Numbered from the stretch's first letter, positions 25,301-37,670 are shown. The stretch is 64,000 nt of DNA from Piromyces finnis finn (GCA_002104945.1 MCFH01000007.1:868001-932000), one strand, 5' to 3'. Numbers and translations: made by a program. The notes: generated by a model not told the origin, from the sequence alone.

Positions 25301-26968
25301 GGAAAGAAATCCGGTAAGCCTGATATCCTGTCTCGTAGAAGTGACCATTTAGAGAATAATATTAATTCTGATGTTTCTTGTCTTACTATTTCGTTTCATC
25401 ATAGCGATAACAAACCGTTAATCGATTCTATTTTATTAGAACTTAAAAATGACGATTTGTATAATTCTATTGTCCAATTTAAAATGAATGGTTCTGCATG
25501 TAATGCACCTATTAAAAATATTGATAAAGTTATTATTGATAACGAAGGATTTTTGTTATATAATAATCTTATTTATGTTCCTAAATCTCTTAGGACAAGA
25601 GTTTTGGAACTTCATCATGATTCTGTTGCTGCTGGTCATTTCGGTATTAAGAAAACCACTGAACTGATTTCCAGAAACTTTTGGTGGCCAAGGTTTCATT
25701 CAGACGTTAAATCTTTTATCAAATCTTGCGTGACTTGTTGCAAATCCAAAGTCCCCAGACATAAGCCTTATGGATTGTTATCCCCTTTGGACACTCCCAG
25801 TAGGCCCTGGTCTGATATTTCTATTGATTTTATTGTTGATCTTCCTAAGTCCAGAGATATGACAACTCTCATGGTTGTTGTCGATAGATTTACTAAATTT
25901 GCTCACGCCATTCCTTTACGTTGTCTTCCTACTGCTTCGATTGCTGCTGATGCTTTTATTGCTAATGTCTTCCGTTTGCATGGTCTTCCTGATTCCATCA
26001 TTTCTGATAGAGGCTCGCAATTTACCTCTGACTTTTGGTCAAGACTTTGTGACCTTCTTAATATCAATCATTCATTATCAACTGCTAACCATCCGCAGAC
26101 AGATGGTCAAACGGAGAGGGTGAACGGCATATTAGAACAATATTTCCGTTGTTTTATAAATAAAAAGCAGAATAACTGGGTTGATCTTATCCCATTTGCT
26201 GAATTTGCATATAATAATACTTTACAACAATCTATAAATCAATCCCCATTCTTTGCTAATTATGGTTTTCATCCAAAGTTCAGCTTAGAAATTCCAGCTA
26301 ATGATAGACCTAGTAGAGCTGAACAAAGAGTAATTGATATGAATGAAAACTTTAAATTATTAAAAGAAAACTTAGAAAAAGCAAAAGAAACATATAAGAA
26401 ATATGCCGATATGAAGAGAATGATTCCCCCGGAGTTCGAAGTGGGAAAGAAGGTATGGTTATTGAAAGATTCTCCTGGAACTAACCTAAAGAGAAAATTA
26501 GCACCTCAAATGCTTGGCCCATTTGAGATAATTGGAAAAGTTAGTTCTCTCGCTTTCAAATTGAAACTTCCAAAGACAATGAGATGTCATCCAGTCTTTC
26601 ATGTTTCATTGTTAGAACCATATTTTGAAAACAAGTTTAACGACAGGTCTAATCGTAGGAAGAGGAACATTCACCTTAACACAGATTTAATTGAAAAAAT
26701 TCCAGAGAAAATTGAAAAGATGAAATCTGTTAATGGTGAAACATTTTATAAGTTATCATGGAAAGGATTTGACAAATCCACTTGGATTTCTGAAGATCAG
26801 ATTCCAGATAAACAATTAATACAAGAGTTTGAAAGAAACTCTAAAAAGTCAAAATATAAGTCGAACGACTCCTCCATGAAAATTAGAAAGAATAAAGTTG
26901 GTAATCTAATCAAGCACAGATACCAACCATTTGTAATTGAAATTCCTTCGAGAAAAGATTCCTTATAA
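22379..26968 (+). CDS. gag-pol: Family A Gag-PR-RT-RH-IN polyprotein with degenerate chromodomain (first ATG at 22421)
   Basis: CFLCKQPGHLKFNC knuckle, LIDSGS, YIDD, HDSVAAGH..C..C, DFIVDL/SDRG/TERVN, YKLSWKGF. Confidence 0.95.
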   Translation: MEALISEFESLNLEMGDRTVGVSGNSGNIINAPPTFSGKQRELDGFLTRVELVFRTRPTLYNTDRVKVDFVISYFSGKPLEWASVLMKNNSGVLNHYDEFVDRLKANFGSYRYDTVVANGKLDNLRQRKLGQVLDYITDFQRISQNSSFNDSAKIYMFLKGLLPPLREKLAFIESNPTSIEQLISSTILVEDMMKRNSLSEFYFNGRRANDPMDVDVFRISRENKHKRYVNIQGSSKNYNENIDNFEEEKKKGLCFLCKQPGHLKFNCPNRVKPRKVLRIVKERTPKIVNPKIYKVGVKGVKSDLNLVDFYLSTNEVSEVKIKVLIDSGSELNFINPSLAEDLGINLEKVEPFRVSGVSDGVVSVWERTEKCMLRCKNHFEVIQLYGLQVPGVDVILGLPWIKKHNPNAFYDSKKIAFSSGYCARHCNKGKRKRKPRKKSKNDQLDHDVLDRSLTKKPKEDPSVPNNEKKNMLKAALLEPSMMKMIAMMNILVLIKKVKCIVTKINETCNNDNESCSNNDNEKDINKDKLVAVPTQYLEFNEVFNEKNCEVLPPHRPYDCEIKLKDDSTLFYGPLYPLTEVEREELKKYIDDNLNKGFIRKSSSPAGAPILFVKKKDGSLRLCIDYRKLNDITIRNSYPLPLISDLLDRVKNAKIFTKLDLKSAYNLVRIKESDEYKTAFRTRYGHFEYLVMPFGLKNAPATFQHFINDVLSDYLDDFVISYIDDILIYSNNIEEHHEHVKKVLKKLLKNNLYVKLEKCEFDVEKTTFLGYVISKDGLQMDENKVKAILDWPVPKNVKEVQSFIGLCNYYRIFIKDFAKIANPLHKLTRKNVAFNWVKEDQDAFILLKSLFTSAPILKHADSNNQFIVETDASNYAVGAILSQEFDGKLHPIAFLSKSLTSCQRNYPIYDKELLAIVVALEEWRHYLEGARHPFIIYTDHKNLTFPRKPEMLSQRQIRWNLFLSRFDFKLIYRAGKKSGKPDILSRRSDHLENNINSDVSCLTISFHHSDNKPLIDSILLELKNDDLYNSIVQFKMNGSACNAPIKNIDKVIIDNEGFLLYNNLIYVPKSLRTRVLELHHDSVAAGHFGIKKTTELISRNFWWPRFHSDVKSFIKSCVTCCKSKVPRHKPYGLLSPLDTPSRPWSDISIDFIVDLPKSRDMTTLMVVVDRFTKFAHAIPLRCLPTASIAADAFIANVFRLHGLPDSIISDRGSQFTSDFWSRLCDLLNINHSLSTANHPQTDGQTERVNGILEQYFRCFINKKQNNWVDLIPFAEFAYNNTLQQSINQSPFFANYGFHPKFSLEIPANDRPSRAEQRVIDMNENFKLLKENLEKAKETYKKYADMKRMIPPEFEVGKKVWLLKDSPGTNLKRKLAPQMLGPFEIIGKVSSLAFKLKLPKTMRCHPVFHVSLLEPYFENKFNDRSNRRKRNIHLNTDLIEKIPEKIEKMKSVNGETFYKLSWKGFDKSTWISEDQIPDKQLIQEFERNSKKSKYKSNDSSMKIRKNKVGNLIKHRYQPFVIEIPSRKDSL

Positions 26969-27834
26969 ATTAATCTCGCAGGAGCTCGACTTAGAGAGAG
27001 AGATTGTAAAGATATCAAACGCCTCTGTTTGATATCTTTAATGTAACTTAAGCCACAAGTATTATTGTTTAAGTTACACAAATTATATTCAGAAAAAGAA
27101 AATGAGACATAATTTATTTATTAATAATTAAAGTTTAAAACAAAATAAATTATTAATTTATTTTTAATGTTTAACAAGTAAATTAATATTCTCAATTTAA
27201 ATCCCTAGTTTTAGTATTGTTTTTTTATAGAAATAGATAAATAATAAATGATTAATATATAAATAATACATGGGCACATATTCAAATTAAATAGTACTTA
27301 ATTTGAATTGCCAATTGTATTTTACTAAAAATAGTTATAGTTTAAATATTTATTAATAATTAAGATTTTAGTGTAGATTTTAAATAATAATATATAAGAA
27401 ATAAATAGTTATAATATAATATAAATGTATTTAGGAAAAATATAAATAGAAGATATTTTTCATCATTTTATCGATGTAATTGTTATTATTAAAATTCTAT
27501 TATAATAAAAGATATTTTATAAAACAATTTTTTATTTTATTTTTTCAAATTTTTGTGTTATTGTAATAGAATAGATATCCTAATCTATTCTTTCAGTGTT
27601 CAACATTACAATAGGTTAATTTTGTTTAGATAAATTAACATTAGTTTATAATTAGTTTAGTTGTTTTTTTTTTTAATAATAAATATTGATTACCTAGTGA
27701 GGGCTCTGGTAAAATATCCTTCACGGTAAAGTAATCAACGGTTGTTTTAGTTTAGTTATTTTAAAATAATTTAATAAATAAAATATAAAAAATTAAAAAT
27801 AATTTAAAGTGTAGTTTAGAATATTGAGTGTATA

Positions 27835-28463
27835 TGTTAAGGATTTAAGGTGATTTGAGGTAAGTTAGGTTAGAATGCCCTAACCCTACTTATTAAATTA
27901 ATATAAATTATGTTTTTTTTTTTCAAACTTTTATTTATTAATAAATTTATTAATACATTTTATTAATCAAATATGTTATTAATCATTAAGTAGAGTTATA
28001 AAACTTAATGATTTCTCCAAAAATTAAATTGTTGAATTAATTTCGAGTATTTATAATTTTTTAAATCAATTAATAAATAATTATTCTATTTAATAAAGTT
28101 ACATTAATTATAAAATACATGATTCCAATTTTAATATAATTAACTATTCTATAAATTAAAATATATTAAATATTTATATAATGACTTTAAGCTTATGACT
28201 TATCTTTATTACTTGCTTAAGTCATTTTGATCATTTGAGGGAGGAATGACTAACTATTTCATTTATTTAAATTTCCTTCCACATCAAATGAATAAAGAGA
28301 TATTATTTAAACTTTAATAAATATAAAATCTTAATAATTATAATTAATAAATATCTCTAAAAATATTATTAAATAATGTTTTTATAAAATATTATTTCTT
28401 ATTAATTAAATGAATAAAACATTATTTAAATAAATTATCATGAATTCACTAATATTCATGACA
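27835..28463 (-). mobile_element. Solo LTR-O inside solo LTR-B
   Basis: TSD GTATA; homologous to 15346-15965. Confidence 0.9.
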
Positions 28464-29273
28464 GTATACAAACCTGAACTTAGTTTAGAATATTTTACAC
28501 CTTTTCACCAAAATTGTATTTCGGGGTTTCCCAAGCTGGCTTCGCCATCAGGTTGTTGGACACTGACCTACTTGTCATGTGTTCGACTCAGGGTTCTCTA
28601 TATTATGGATTAAATATAGCGATTGCTATATTTAATCCATAATATTTGTCTATTCCTATTTCTTCTTTTTTATTTAAATAATTGAAGTTACTAATCAATA
28701 TGAATAATGTTTATTCAAAATTATTAAATAAGAATATTTATAAATAGTAAATATAAATAATTTATAAAATTCATGTAAATTTAGTCTTTAGAATTAGTAT
28801 TAAGGTTAATTTGTATTAATAATATTAAATAATCAAATTATTAATAAAATATACTATTAATACAAAAAATAGTTAATTAGTATTGTGTTAACCTGAGTCT
28901 CTCGCGTTGTTACAGTTATCGAGTTTACCGTTTGCAACAACGGTGTCATATCGATCACTACCGAAATTAGCCCTGAGTCGATCTATAAATTCATCATAAC
29001 GGTTCAATACATTACTATTATTCCTCATAAGTGATTATGCCCACTCCAGGGGTCTACCAGAGAAGTAGGAAATAACGAAATCAACCCGGACGCGATCTGT
29101 ATTGTACAGTGCCGGTCGAGTTCAAAATACCAATTCTACTCTAGTTAAAAACCCATCTAAATCTCTATGCCTACCAGTAAACAACGGGGGAGCATTAATA
29201 ATGTTCCCTGAATTTACTGAAGAACCATCACCTCTTGCTTCCATTCCTTCTAAATTTAAATTATCAAAAGTAT

Positions 29274-29878
29274 TGTAAAGATATCAAACGCCTCTGTTTG
29301 ATATCTTTAATGTAACTTAAGCCACAAGTATTATTGTTTAAGTTACACAAATTATATTCAGAAAAAGAAAATGAGACATAATTTATTTATTAATAATTAA
29401 AGTTTAAAACAAAATAAATTATTAATTTATTTTTAATGTTTAACAAGTAAATTAATATTCTCAATTTAAATCCCTAGTTTTAGTATTGTTTTTTTATAGA
29501 AATAGATAAATAATAAATGATTAATATATCAATAATACATGGGCACATATTCAAATTGAATAGTACTTAATTTGAATTGCCAATTGTATTTTACTAAAAA
29601 TAGTTATAGTTTAAATATTTATTAATAATTAAGATTTTAGTGTAGATTTTAAATAATAATATATAAGAAATAAATAGTTATAATATAATATAAATGTATT
29701 TAGGAAAAATATAAATAGAAGATATTTTTCATCATTTTATCGATGTAATTGTTATTATTAAAATTCTATTATAATAAAAGATATTTTATAAAACAATTTT
29801 TTATTTTATTTTTCAAATTTTTGTGTTATTGTAATAGAATAGATATCCTAATCTATTCTTTCAGTGTTCAACATTACA
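29274..29878 (+). mobile_element. Solo LTR-A in the A2 gag 5' end
   Basis: TSD AGTAT. Confidence 0.95.
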
Positions 29879-30025
29879 AGTATAAATTAATTCCTCAAAC
29901 TCTAATTCAAAACACAGAGAATTAAAAATTTAAAAAATAAAAACGTATGTTTCTTACTATTATTCCAAGTAAGTAATATATTTTTTTTTTTTAACTAAAA
30001 TTTTCGTATTCTAACAATAAGTTAA

Positions 30026-32922
30026 TGTAAAGATATCAAACGCCTCAGCTTGATATCTTTAATGTAACTTTAGCCACAAGTATTATTGTTTAAGTTATAC
30101 AAATTATATTACAGAAAAAGAAAAAGAGACATAATTTATTTATTAATAATTAAAGTTTGAAACAAAATAAATTAGTAATTTATTTTTAATGTTTTACAAA
30201 TAAATTAAATTTCTCAATTTAATTTCTTAGTTTTAGTATTGTTTTTTTCATAGAAATAGATAAATAGTATATAAATAATAAATGATTAATATATAAATAA
30301 TACATGGGCACATATTCAAATTAAATAGTATTTGATTTGAATTGCCTATTTAATTTTACTAAAATAGTTATAGTTTAAATATTCTATTAATAATTAAGAT
30401 TTTAGTGTAGGTTTTAAATAATAATATATTTTAAATAAATAGTTATAATATAATATAAATGTATATAGGAAAAATATAAATAGAAGATATTTTTCATCAT
30501 TTTATCAATGTAATTGTTATTAATAAAATTTCTATTATAATAAAAGATATTTTTTAATAAAACAATTTTTATTTTTATTTTAATTTTAGTGTTATTGTAA
30601 TAGAATAGATATCCTAATCTATTCTTTTAGTGTCAACATTACAATAACAATTACCTAACGAAAACCAAGAATATGTTAGGGTATCTACCGCCGAGTAAAA
30701 GAAGAAAAAAGAAGGAATAACTACTGGGTTGAAATTGAATCTACCGCCGCCGAGTGGGAAGAAAGGACCAAAAATAATCATTAAGGATTGATTAGTAGTA
30801 CAAAACTTGTTCGACACTGCTTTTGCAGAACGCGTCTGAATAACTTTTGTATTGTTTGATATACTAAAATTATCTTTTGTAAATAATTAAAAAAAAAAAT
30901 TACTTGAAATAGTAGTAAGAAAACATTTTATTTATTTTAGTAAGTTGGAGGGTTTAATTAGTGAATTTGAAAATTTGAATTTGGAAATGGGTGATAGGAC
31001 TGTGGGTGTTTCCGGGAACTCGGGGAACATTATTAATGCTCCACCGATATTCTCTGGTAAACAACGTGAATTGGATGGATTTTTAACTAGAGTGGAGTTG
31101 GTATTTCGTACTCGACCGACACTGTATAATACAGATCGAGTCAAGGTCGACTTCGTTATATCATACTTCTCTGGTAAACCTTTGGAATGGGCTTCAGTAT
31201 TGATGAAGAATAATAGTGGGGTTTTAAACCATTATGATGAATTTGTAGATAGGTTGAAGGCTAATTTTGGCAGTTATAGATACGATACCGTTGTAGCTAA
31301 CGGTAAATTAGATAATCTTCGCCAAAGGAAACTTGGTCAGGTATTAGATTACATTACCGATTTTCAACGTATTAGCCAAAATTCAAGCTTTAATGATAGC
31401 GCAAAAATCTACATGTTTCTGAAAGGTTTATTACCACCACTTAGGGAGAAGTTGGCTTTCATTGAATCAAACCCAACTTCAATTGAACAATTGATTTCTT
31501 CAACTATTTTAGTTGAAGATATGATGAAAAGGAATTCTTTAAGTGAATTTTATTTTAATGGTAGAAGGGCTAACGATCCTATGGATGTGGATGTATTTAG
31601 AATTAGTAGAGAAAATAAACACAAAAGGTATGTGAATATCCAAGGATCAAGTAAAAATTACAATGAAAACATAGACAACTTTGAAGAAGAAAAGAAAAAG
31701 GGGTTATGTTTTCTTTGTAAACAGCCAGGACATTTAAAATTTAATTGTCCTAATAGAGTAAAGCCCAGAAAAGTGTTAAGAATTGTTAAAGAAAGGACTC
31801 CAAAAATTGTTAATCCAAAAATTTACAAAGTTGGAGTCAAGGGAGTGAAAAGTGATTTAAACCTTGTGGACTTTTACTTGAGTACCAATGAAGTTTCGGA
31901 AGTTAAAATTAAGGTTTTAATTGATTCCGGTTCTGAATTAAATTTCATTAATCCAAGTCTTGCTGAAGAACTTGGTATTAATTTGGAAAAAGTGGAACCA
32001 TTCCGTGTTTCAGGTGTTAGTGATGGAGTTGTTAGTGTTTGGGAAAGGACTGAGAAGTGCATGCTCCGTTGCAAAAATCACTTCGAAGTAATTCAACTTT
32101 ATGGATTACAAGTCCCCGGTGTTGATGTTATTCTTGGTTTGCCGTGGATAAAGAAGCATAATCCAAATGCTTTCTACGACTCTAAGAAAATCGCTTTTAG
32201 TTCTGGTTATTGTGCCAGACATTGTAATAAAGGCAAAAGAAAGAGAAAACCAAGAAAGAAGTTAAAGAATGATCAGTTAGATCATGATGTTCTCGACCGA
32301 AGCTTAACCAAAAAACCGAAAGAAGATCCCTCTGTCCTAAACAATGAAGAAAAAGAATATGTTAAAGGCCGCCTTGTTAGAACCATCAATGATGAAGATG
32401 ATAGCGATGATGAATATATTAGTTTTAATAAAAAAGTCAAATGTATCGTAACAAAAATTAATGAAACATGTAATAATGATAACGAATCATGTAGTAATAA
32501 TGATAATGAAAAAGATATTAATAAAGATAAATTGGTCGCCGTACCAACCCAATATTTAGAATTTAGTGAAGTGTTTAATGAAAAAAATTGTGAAGTGTTA
32601 CCTCCTCATAGACCTTATGATTGTGAAATCAAGCTTAAGGATGATTCAACTTTATTTTATGGACCTTTGTATCCATTAACTGAAGTTGAAAGAGAGGAAA
32701 TTAAAAAATATATTGATGATAATTTAAATAAAGGTTTTATTAGGAAATCATCGTCTCCTGCTGGTGCCCCAATTTTATTTGTTAAAAAGAAGGATGGCTC
32801 CCTAAGACTTTGTATCGATTATAGGAAGCTGAATGATATTACAATTCGTAATTCATATCCTTCATCTTTAATTAGTGACCCTTTGGATAGGGTGAAAAAT
32901 GCAAAGATTTTTACTAAATTAG
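30026..32922 (+). mobile_element. Family A copy 3 (5' LTR 30026-30643, gag-PR-start of RT), truncated at LTR-C
   Basis: ORF 30945 matches A up to KIFTKLD, then LTR-C sequence begins. Confidence 0.93.
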
Positions 32923-35900
32923 ATTATCCTATTAATTATGTCCTTTTTTAGACAAAAAGATTAATTTTTATGTAAAGGTATCTTCTGTTATTTGTGTAAC
33001 AATTACCTTTCTTAGTAATTAAATTATAGTTAAAATTCATTTAATATTTTTAATTTAGGAATATTATATAATAAAGTTAATTAATAAAATAAATCTTAAT
33101 TATTAATAAAATATCATTGATTATTTTAATAATAAAATTCAATTAAACTTTTTCAAAGTATAAGTTATTATACTTAGGTATAGTAATAAAATATAATTAC
33201 TGACTATAAAGAATATTATAACTATATAATAAATTATAAAGAATTAATAGAGAAATGTACAAAAATTATAAAGATATAATTTTTATAATTTAAAAATCGA
33301 GTTAAACAACATTAAGGAATATAAATAGTTGATGGTTGAATTTCTATAATTCTGGCAAATTCAACTATTTAGGTTCATTCCTTAACAGAATGCCCTCCGT
33401 TAAAACTCAAGCTACTCCATAGCTGAGTTATATTTAACAATATTTTTAAAGTGTACATTTCTATTCATTAGTACACCAGTAGTTGGGTCAGCTAACACTA
33501 CTGTATTAAACTGTTTCTGAACCACTTTGAGAGGTCCCACAAAATAAGGCTCTAACTTTGCTCTACTAAAATTCCGTACTAGAACTAAGTCACCTATCTT
33601 TATTTTCTTAGCTTTACTCATACTTAACTTTTCCTCTCTTCTTGTAGACCAATATTTACTAGCCGTTTTGACATTCTCAGCAGCTTCCAAGGTCCACCGG
33701 TAGTGATTGATGAATTTTTCTAAAAGAATTTCATCGGAAGTTTTATTTTGATCTTTCGTAGGTCTGGCAGCAATATCAAAAGGTTGCTGATCCTCCCTAC
33801 CATAAACTAACTCAAAACTAGAATGGTTAGTTACTGTATTCTTGGATGTTCTTAGCGCCAAAAAAGCAGAAGGCAAAACTTCATCCCAATCCTTATTTTC
33901 TTTTCCTAACAGTCGCAGTAACTTTCCAATTTCCTTATTCCTATTCTCTGTTAGTCCGTTACTTTCTGGATGGTAGGGGACTGTGAATTTAACATATACA
34001 TCATATAAATCCAAAAATATCTTGGTCATATCAGAAGTAAACTGTGCTCCATTATCAGTAGTGATAATTTGGGGTATTCCATGACTTGCGAAAACGTTTA
34101 TTAAAAACTTTATTACATCTAAGGAAGTAATAGATTCTACCGCTTCGGCTTCTACCCACTTAATGAAATAGTCCACTGTAACTATTATATATTGTTTATT
34201 GTTCTTTGTCTTTGGTAGTGGTCCAATAATATCCAAACCTAAATGTACAAAGGGGCCTTCTACTTGTGTTGGACGGTTTTCTGTTGGCTCAGGATAAGGT
34301 TGGGGCCGATTTAACTGACATTTTTCACATTTACTAATAATCCTTTTGATGTCAGTTATCATATCATTCCAATAATAGCTCTTCTTCAGTCTTTGGTAAG
34401 TTTTATAGTAACCTTCATGTCCCACATTATGAGCTTGGTATATAAGTTTCACTTTTTCTTCTACAGTAGTAACCAACTGACGTAGGTTACTACCATCAAT
34501 AAAATAATCTTTTCCATCCACAGTGGTAAATTTTTCCTCAACAAAATCTTTAATAGCCTTAGACAATAATTCTTCATTACTGTTCTTTGTAATTTTGGTG
34601 ACCAATATTTTTCGTTCTTCTTTATTCTTCATTCTTGATAGTGCATCAGCTATAACATTATTCTTTCCTTTTTCATATTGAATATCAATACCTAGCTGAC
34701 TTACCGTTAGACACCAACGATTATGACGTGCACTATTATGTTCTTTATTTTTAAATAACCCTAAAAGTGGTTTATGGTCCGTATATACAGTAGTTACAAA
34801 TGGGTTTCCTAATATATACGGTTTTAATTTACTTACGCAAAAGAATAACGCGGCACCTTCTAACTCCGTTATTCCATAATTTCTCTCTGCCTTACTCAGA
34901 ATACGACTGATATAATGTACTGGGAGTTCCTTTCTAGTATTCTCATCCTCTTGAAGAAGAACACCTCCCACACCATCATATGAAGCATCAGTACGTATAA
35001 CAAAAGGCTTATCAAACTCCGGAAATTTTAAAATTGGAGCATTTATCAGTTTTTCTTTTAATATTGTAAATGCTTTTTCGTGTCTTTCTTCCCATTTATA
35101 TTGAACTTTCTTCTTTAGTAGTTCACATAAAGGTGCTGTTATTTGAGAGTACTTAGCTATAAAGTTCCTATAATATCCTACAGCACCCAGAAATGAACGT
35201 AGCTCATGGATATTCTTTGGAGCTTCCCACTTCTTTATAGCTTCTATTTTACTTTCCAATGGACTTAACCCTTTGGTGGAAAGTCTATGTCCTAGAACTT
35301 CCATTTCTTCCTGTACAAAGTGACATTTTTCAATGTTTATTTTAAGTTCATTTTCTTTAAATATTGATAATACTTTCCTTACATATGTTCTATATGTTCT
35401 TCTATGCTCTTAGAGTATATAAGAATGTCATCAATGAAATTATATACACATTCTCCTATTAAAGGAAATAATATTTTGTTCATTTCCCTTTGGAACGTGG
35501 CTGGGGCATTAGTTAACCCAAACGGCATAACCTTAAACTGGTAGTTCCCAAATTTGGTAGTAAAACTTGTAACTTCTGTACTTTCTTCATGCATGGATAT
35601 TTGGTGATATCCAGAGTATAAATCTAAAGTGGTAAAAATTTTTGCGCCGTTTAAACTATCAAATATTTCATCAATATATGGTAGTGAGTAGGAGTCTTTT
35701 TCTGTAACTTCGTTGACTTTCCTATAGTCAACATACATTCTCCATTTGCCATTATGTTTTGGAACAAGAACCACAGGAAAAGACCATTCAAAATAGGACG
35801 GCTCTATTAACCTTTTCTCTATTAGCTTAGTTAGTTCTTCCTTTAATATGTCTGACTTAAATTTAGTTAACCTATAAGCTCTTTGCTTAACAGGTTTAAT

Positions 35901-36127
35901 ACCAGCCTTTAAATTTATTTTGTGAGGTGCTAACTTAGAAGGTGTTTGTAATAACGCGAGAGACTCAGGTTAACACAATACTAATTAACTATTTTTTGTA
36001 TTAATAGTATATTTTATTAATAATTTGATTATTTAATATTATTAATACAAATTAACCTTAATACTAATTCTAAAGATTAAATTTACATGAATTCTATAAA
36101 TTATTTATATTTACTATTTATAAATAT

Positions 36128-36905
36128 TGTAAAAGTATAAAATTTAAAACAGATTTCATACTTAAAACAAAACAATTTTTATTAACACAAAAATAAAAAA
36201 ATAAAACATTAAATTTTTATTTTAAAAATCATTTTATTTAAAACTCTTAAAAATATTATTAACTATATAATAGTTAATAATTAAAAAATTGAAAATAACA
36301 ATTACATCGATTTAATAAACAAAAATTACATGTATTTATATTTTTTCATGATTATATTCTAATATATTATTCTATTTAAATAAACATATATTTAATATAA
36401 AATAAACAAAACTAATTTAATTAAATAATAAAATAACAGAACTAAACTAATTCATTATACTTTTAATTCAATTTGAGTAAACTCAAAATTGAATAAAGCC
36501 CATGTATTTTCTATGAATTAATTTAATATTATCAATACTATTCTTAATATATTTCCTATTGAAATATAAATAAATCTATTTTTAAAACTAAGTTAAAATT
36601 ATTAAACTATTCTAAATTTAAATAAAAAAGTATAATCTATTCTAAAATTAAATAAAAAGTATTTAAAAAATATTTTAATTATTTTAAATATTTGAAATAT
36701 TTAAATTTAATTAAAATTCTTTTATTCCTTAAATTTAAATATTTATCTTAATTTTAACGGAATTATTATAAAACAATTTATTATTAAATTATTCCATAAA
36801 ATTTATTCAAAAATTTTATAATAAGTTTTACTAAATATTAATTTATTATTTAATAATTAATAATTAATTATTAAATAATCTAAAGATATATCTTATATCT
36901 TTACA
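36128..36905 (-). mobile_element. Solo LTR-P (distant relative of LTR-A)
   Basis: 778 bp TG...CA, TSD AATAT; begins TGTAAAGATAT on the minus strand and retains GTAATTGTTAT. Confidence 0.88.
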
Positions 36906-37657
36906 AATATTCTTATTTAATAATTATGAATAAACATTATTCATATTGATTAGTAACTTCAATTATTTAAATAAAAAAGAAGAAATAGAAATAGACAAAT
37001 ATTATGGATTAAATATAGCGATTGCTATATTTAATCCATAATATAGAGAACCCGGAGTCGAACACATGACAAGTAGGTCAGTGTCCAACAACCTATCAAT
37101 ACGTTACATTACGTTAAGAAAATTTTTTTGTTATAATTAACTCTAATTAATATTAAATAATAAAATAATTTTTGTAGAAGAATCTTAATTATTAATAAAT
37201 TAGTTATTAGTAATAAATAGAAAAATTTAGAAGAATAAATAGTTTAGTTTAGTAAAAGAATTATAACACCTTCTCGAAGTAATATTAATTTTATAATCTT
37301 TATTATTAATTATTTTTATTTAATTAGTAATTATTAGTAATTATTATTAATAAAAAATTAAAATAATTGTAAAGCCTCAATTGAAGCTTTAGTATAAATA
37401 GTTAAAGAAAAAATAATTAGTTAAGCTTCAATTGAGAATTATTTTCAAATTCTATAAAAACCTTTTTTATTATTCTGACTTATAAAAAGTCCACTTTTCA
37501 ATGTTAATAAAAGATCAAATATAATTTTAAACTTAAATTATTAATAAAAGAGTCTTGTGTAAATTTTTTAAATAAATTTCTATTATTGTCTTTTCTAAAT
37601 TTTTATCAAACCTTATTTAATAATAAATAATTCAACCTATTCGCCAAATCCCTGATA

Positions 37658-37670
37658 ATAATTCTCAATT
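37658..37670 (+). promoter_or_regulatory. Family F self-priming PBS (ATAATTCTCAATT)
   Basis: Exact reverse complement of LTR 37430-37442, 37 nt after TATAAATA (37393). Confidence 0.8.

Larger units (their letters stand above)
21397..27610 (+). mobile_element. Full-length family A Ty3/gypsy element (LTRs 21397-22002 and 27005-27610)
   Basis: 606-bp LTRs with only ~2 differences seen by eye, TSD ATAGG, PPT AGAGAGAGAGA, single open gag-pol. Confidence 0.97.
20868..28499 (+). mobile_element. Solo LTR-B containing nested full-length A and solo O
   Basis: TSD CCTTT (20863-67 / 28500-04); sequence matches 7507-8323. Confidence 0.9.
20841..28914 (+). mobile_element. Solo LTR-D (~440 bp net) containing nested B, A and O insertions
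   Basis: TGTAACG...GTTACA, TSD GTTAT (20836-40 / 28915-19). Confidence 0.9.
20543..30025 (-). pseudogene. gag: Family A2 (diverged A relative) leader and gag relic, in pieces 20543-20840, 28915-29273, 29879-30025
   Basis: Minus strand reads NSGNIINAPPLFTGRHRDLDGFLTRVEL...[14 protein letters not shown]; the pieces rejoin across TSDs GTTAT and AGTAT. Confidence 0.85.

Noticed and set aside
28515-28914. TGTATTTCGGGG... as a separate LTR family repeatedly inserted at one site
   Set aside because: TSDs GTTAT and GTGTT flank the whole TGTAACG...TTACA unit, so it is one LTR (D); the copy at 59084 is simply 5'-truncated.
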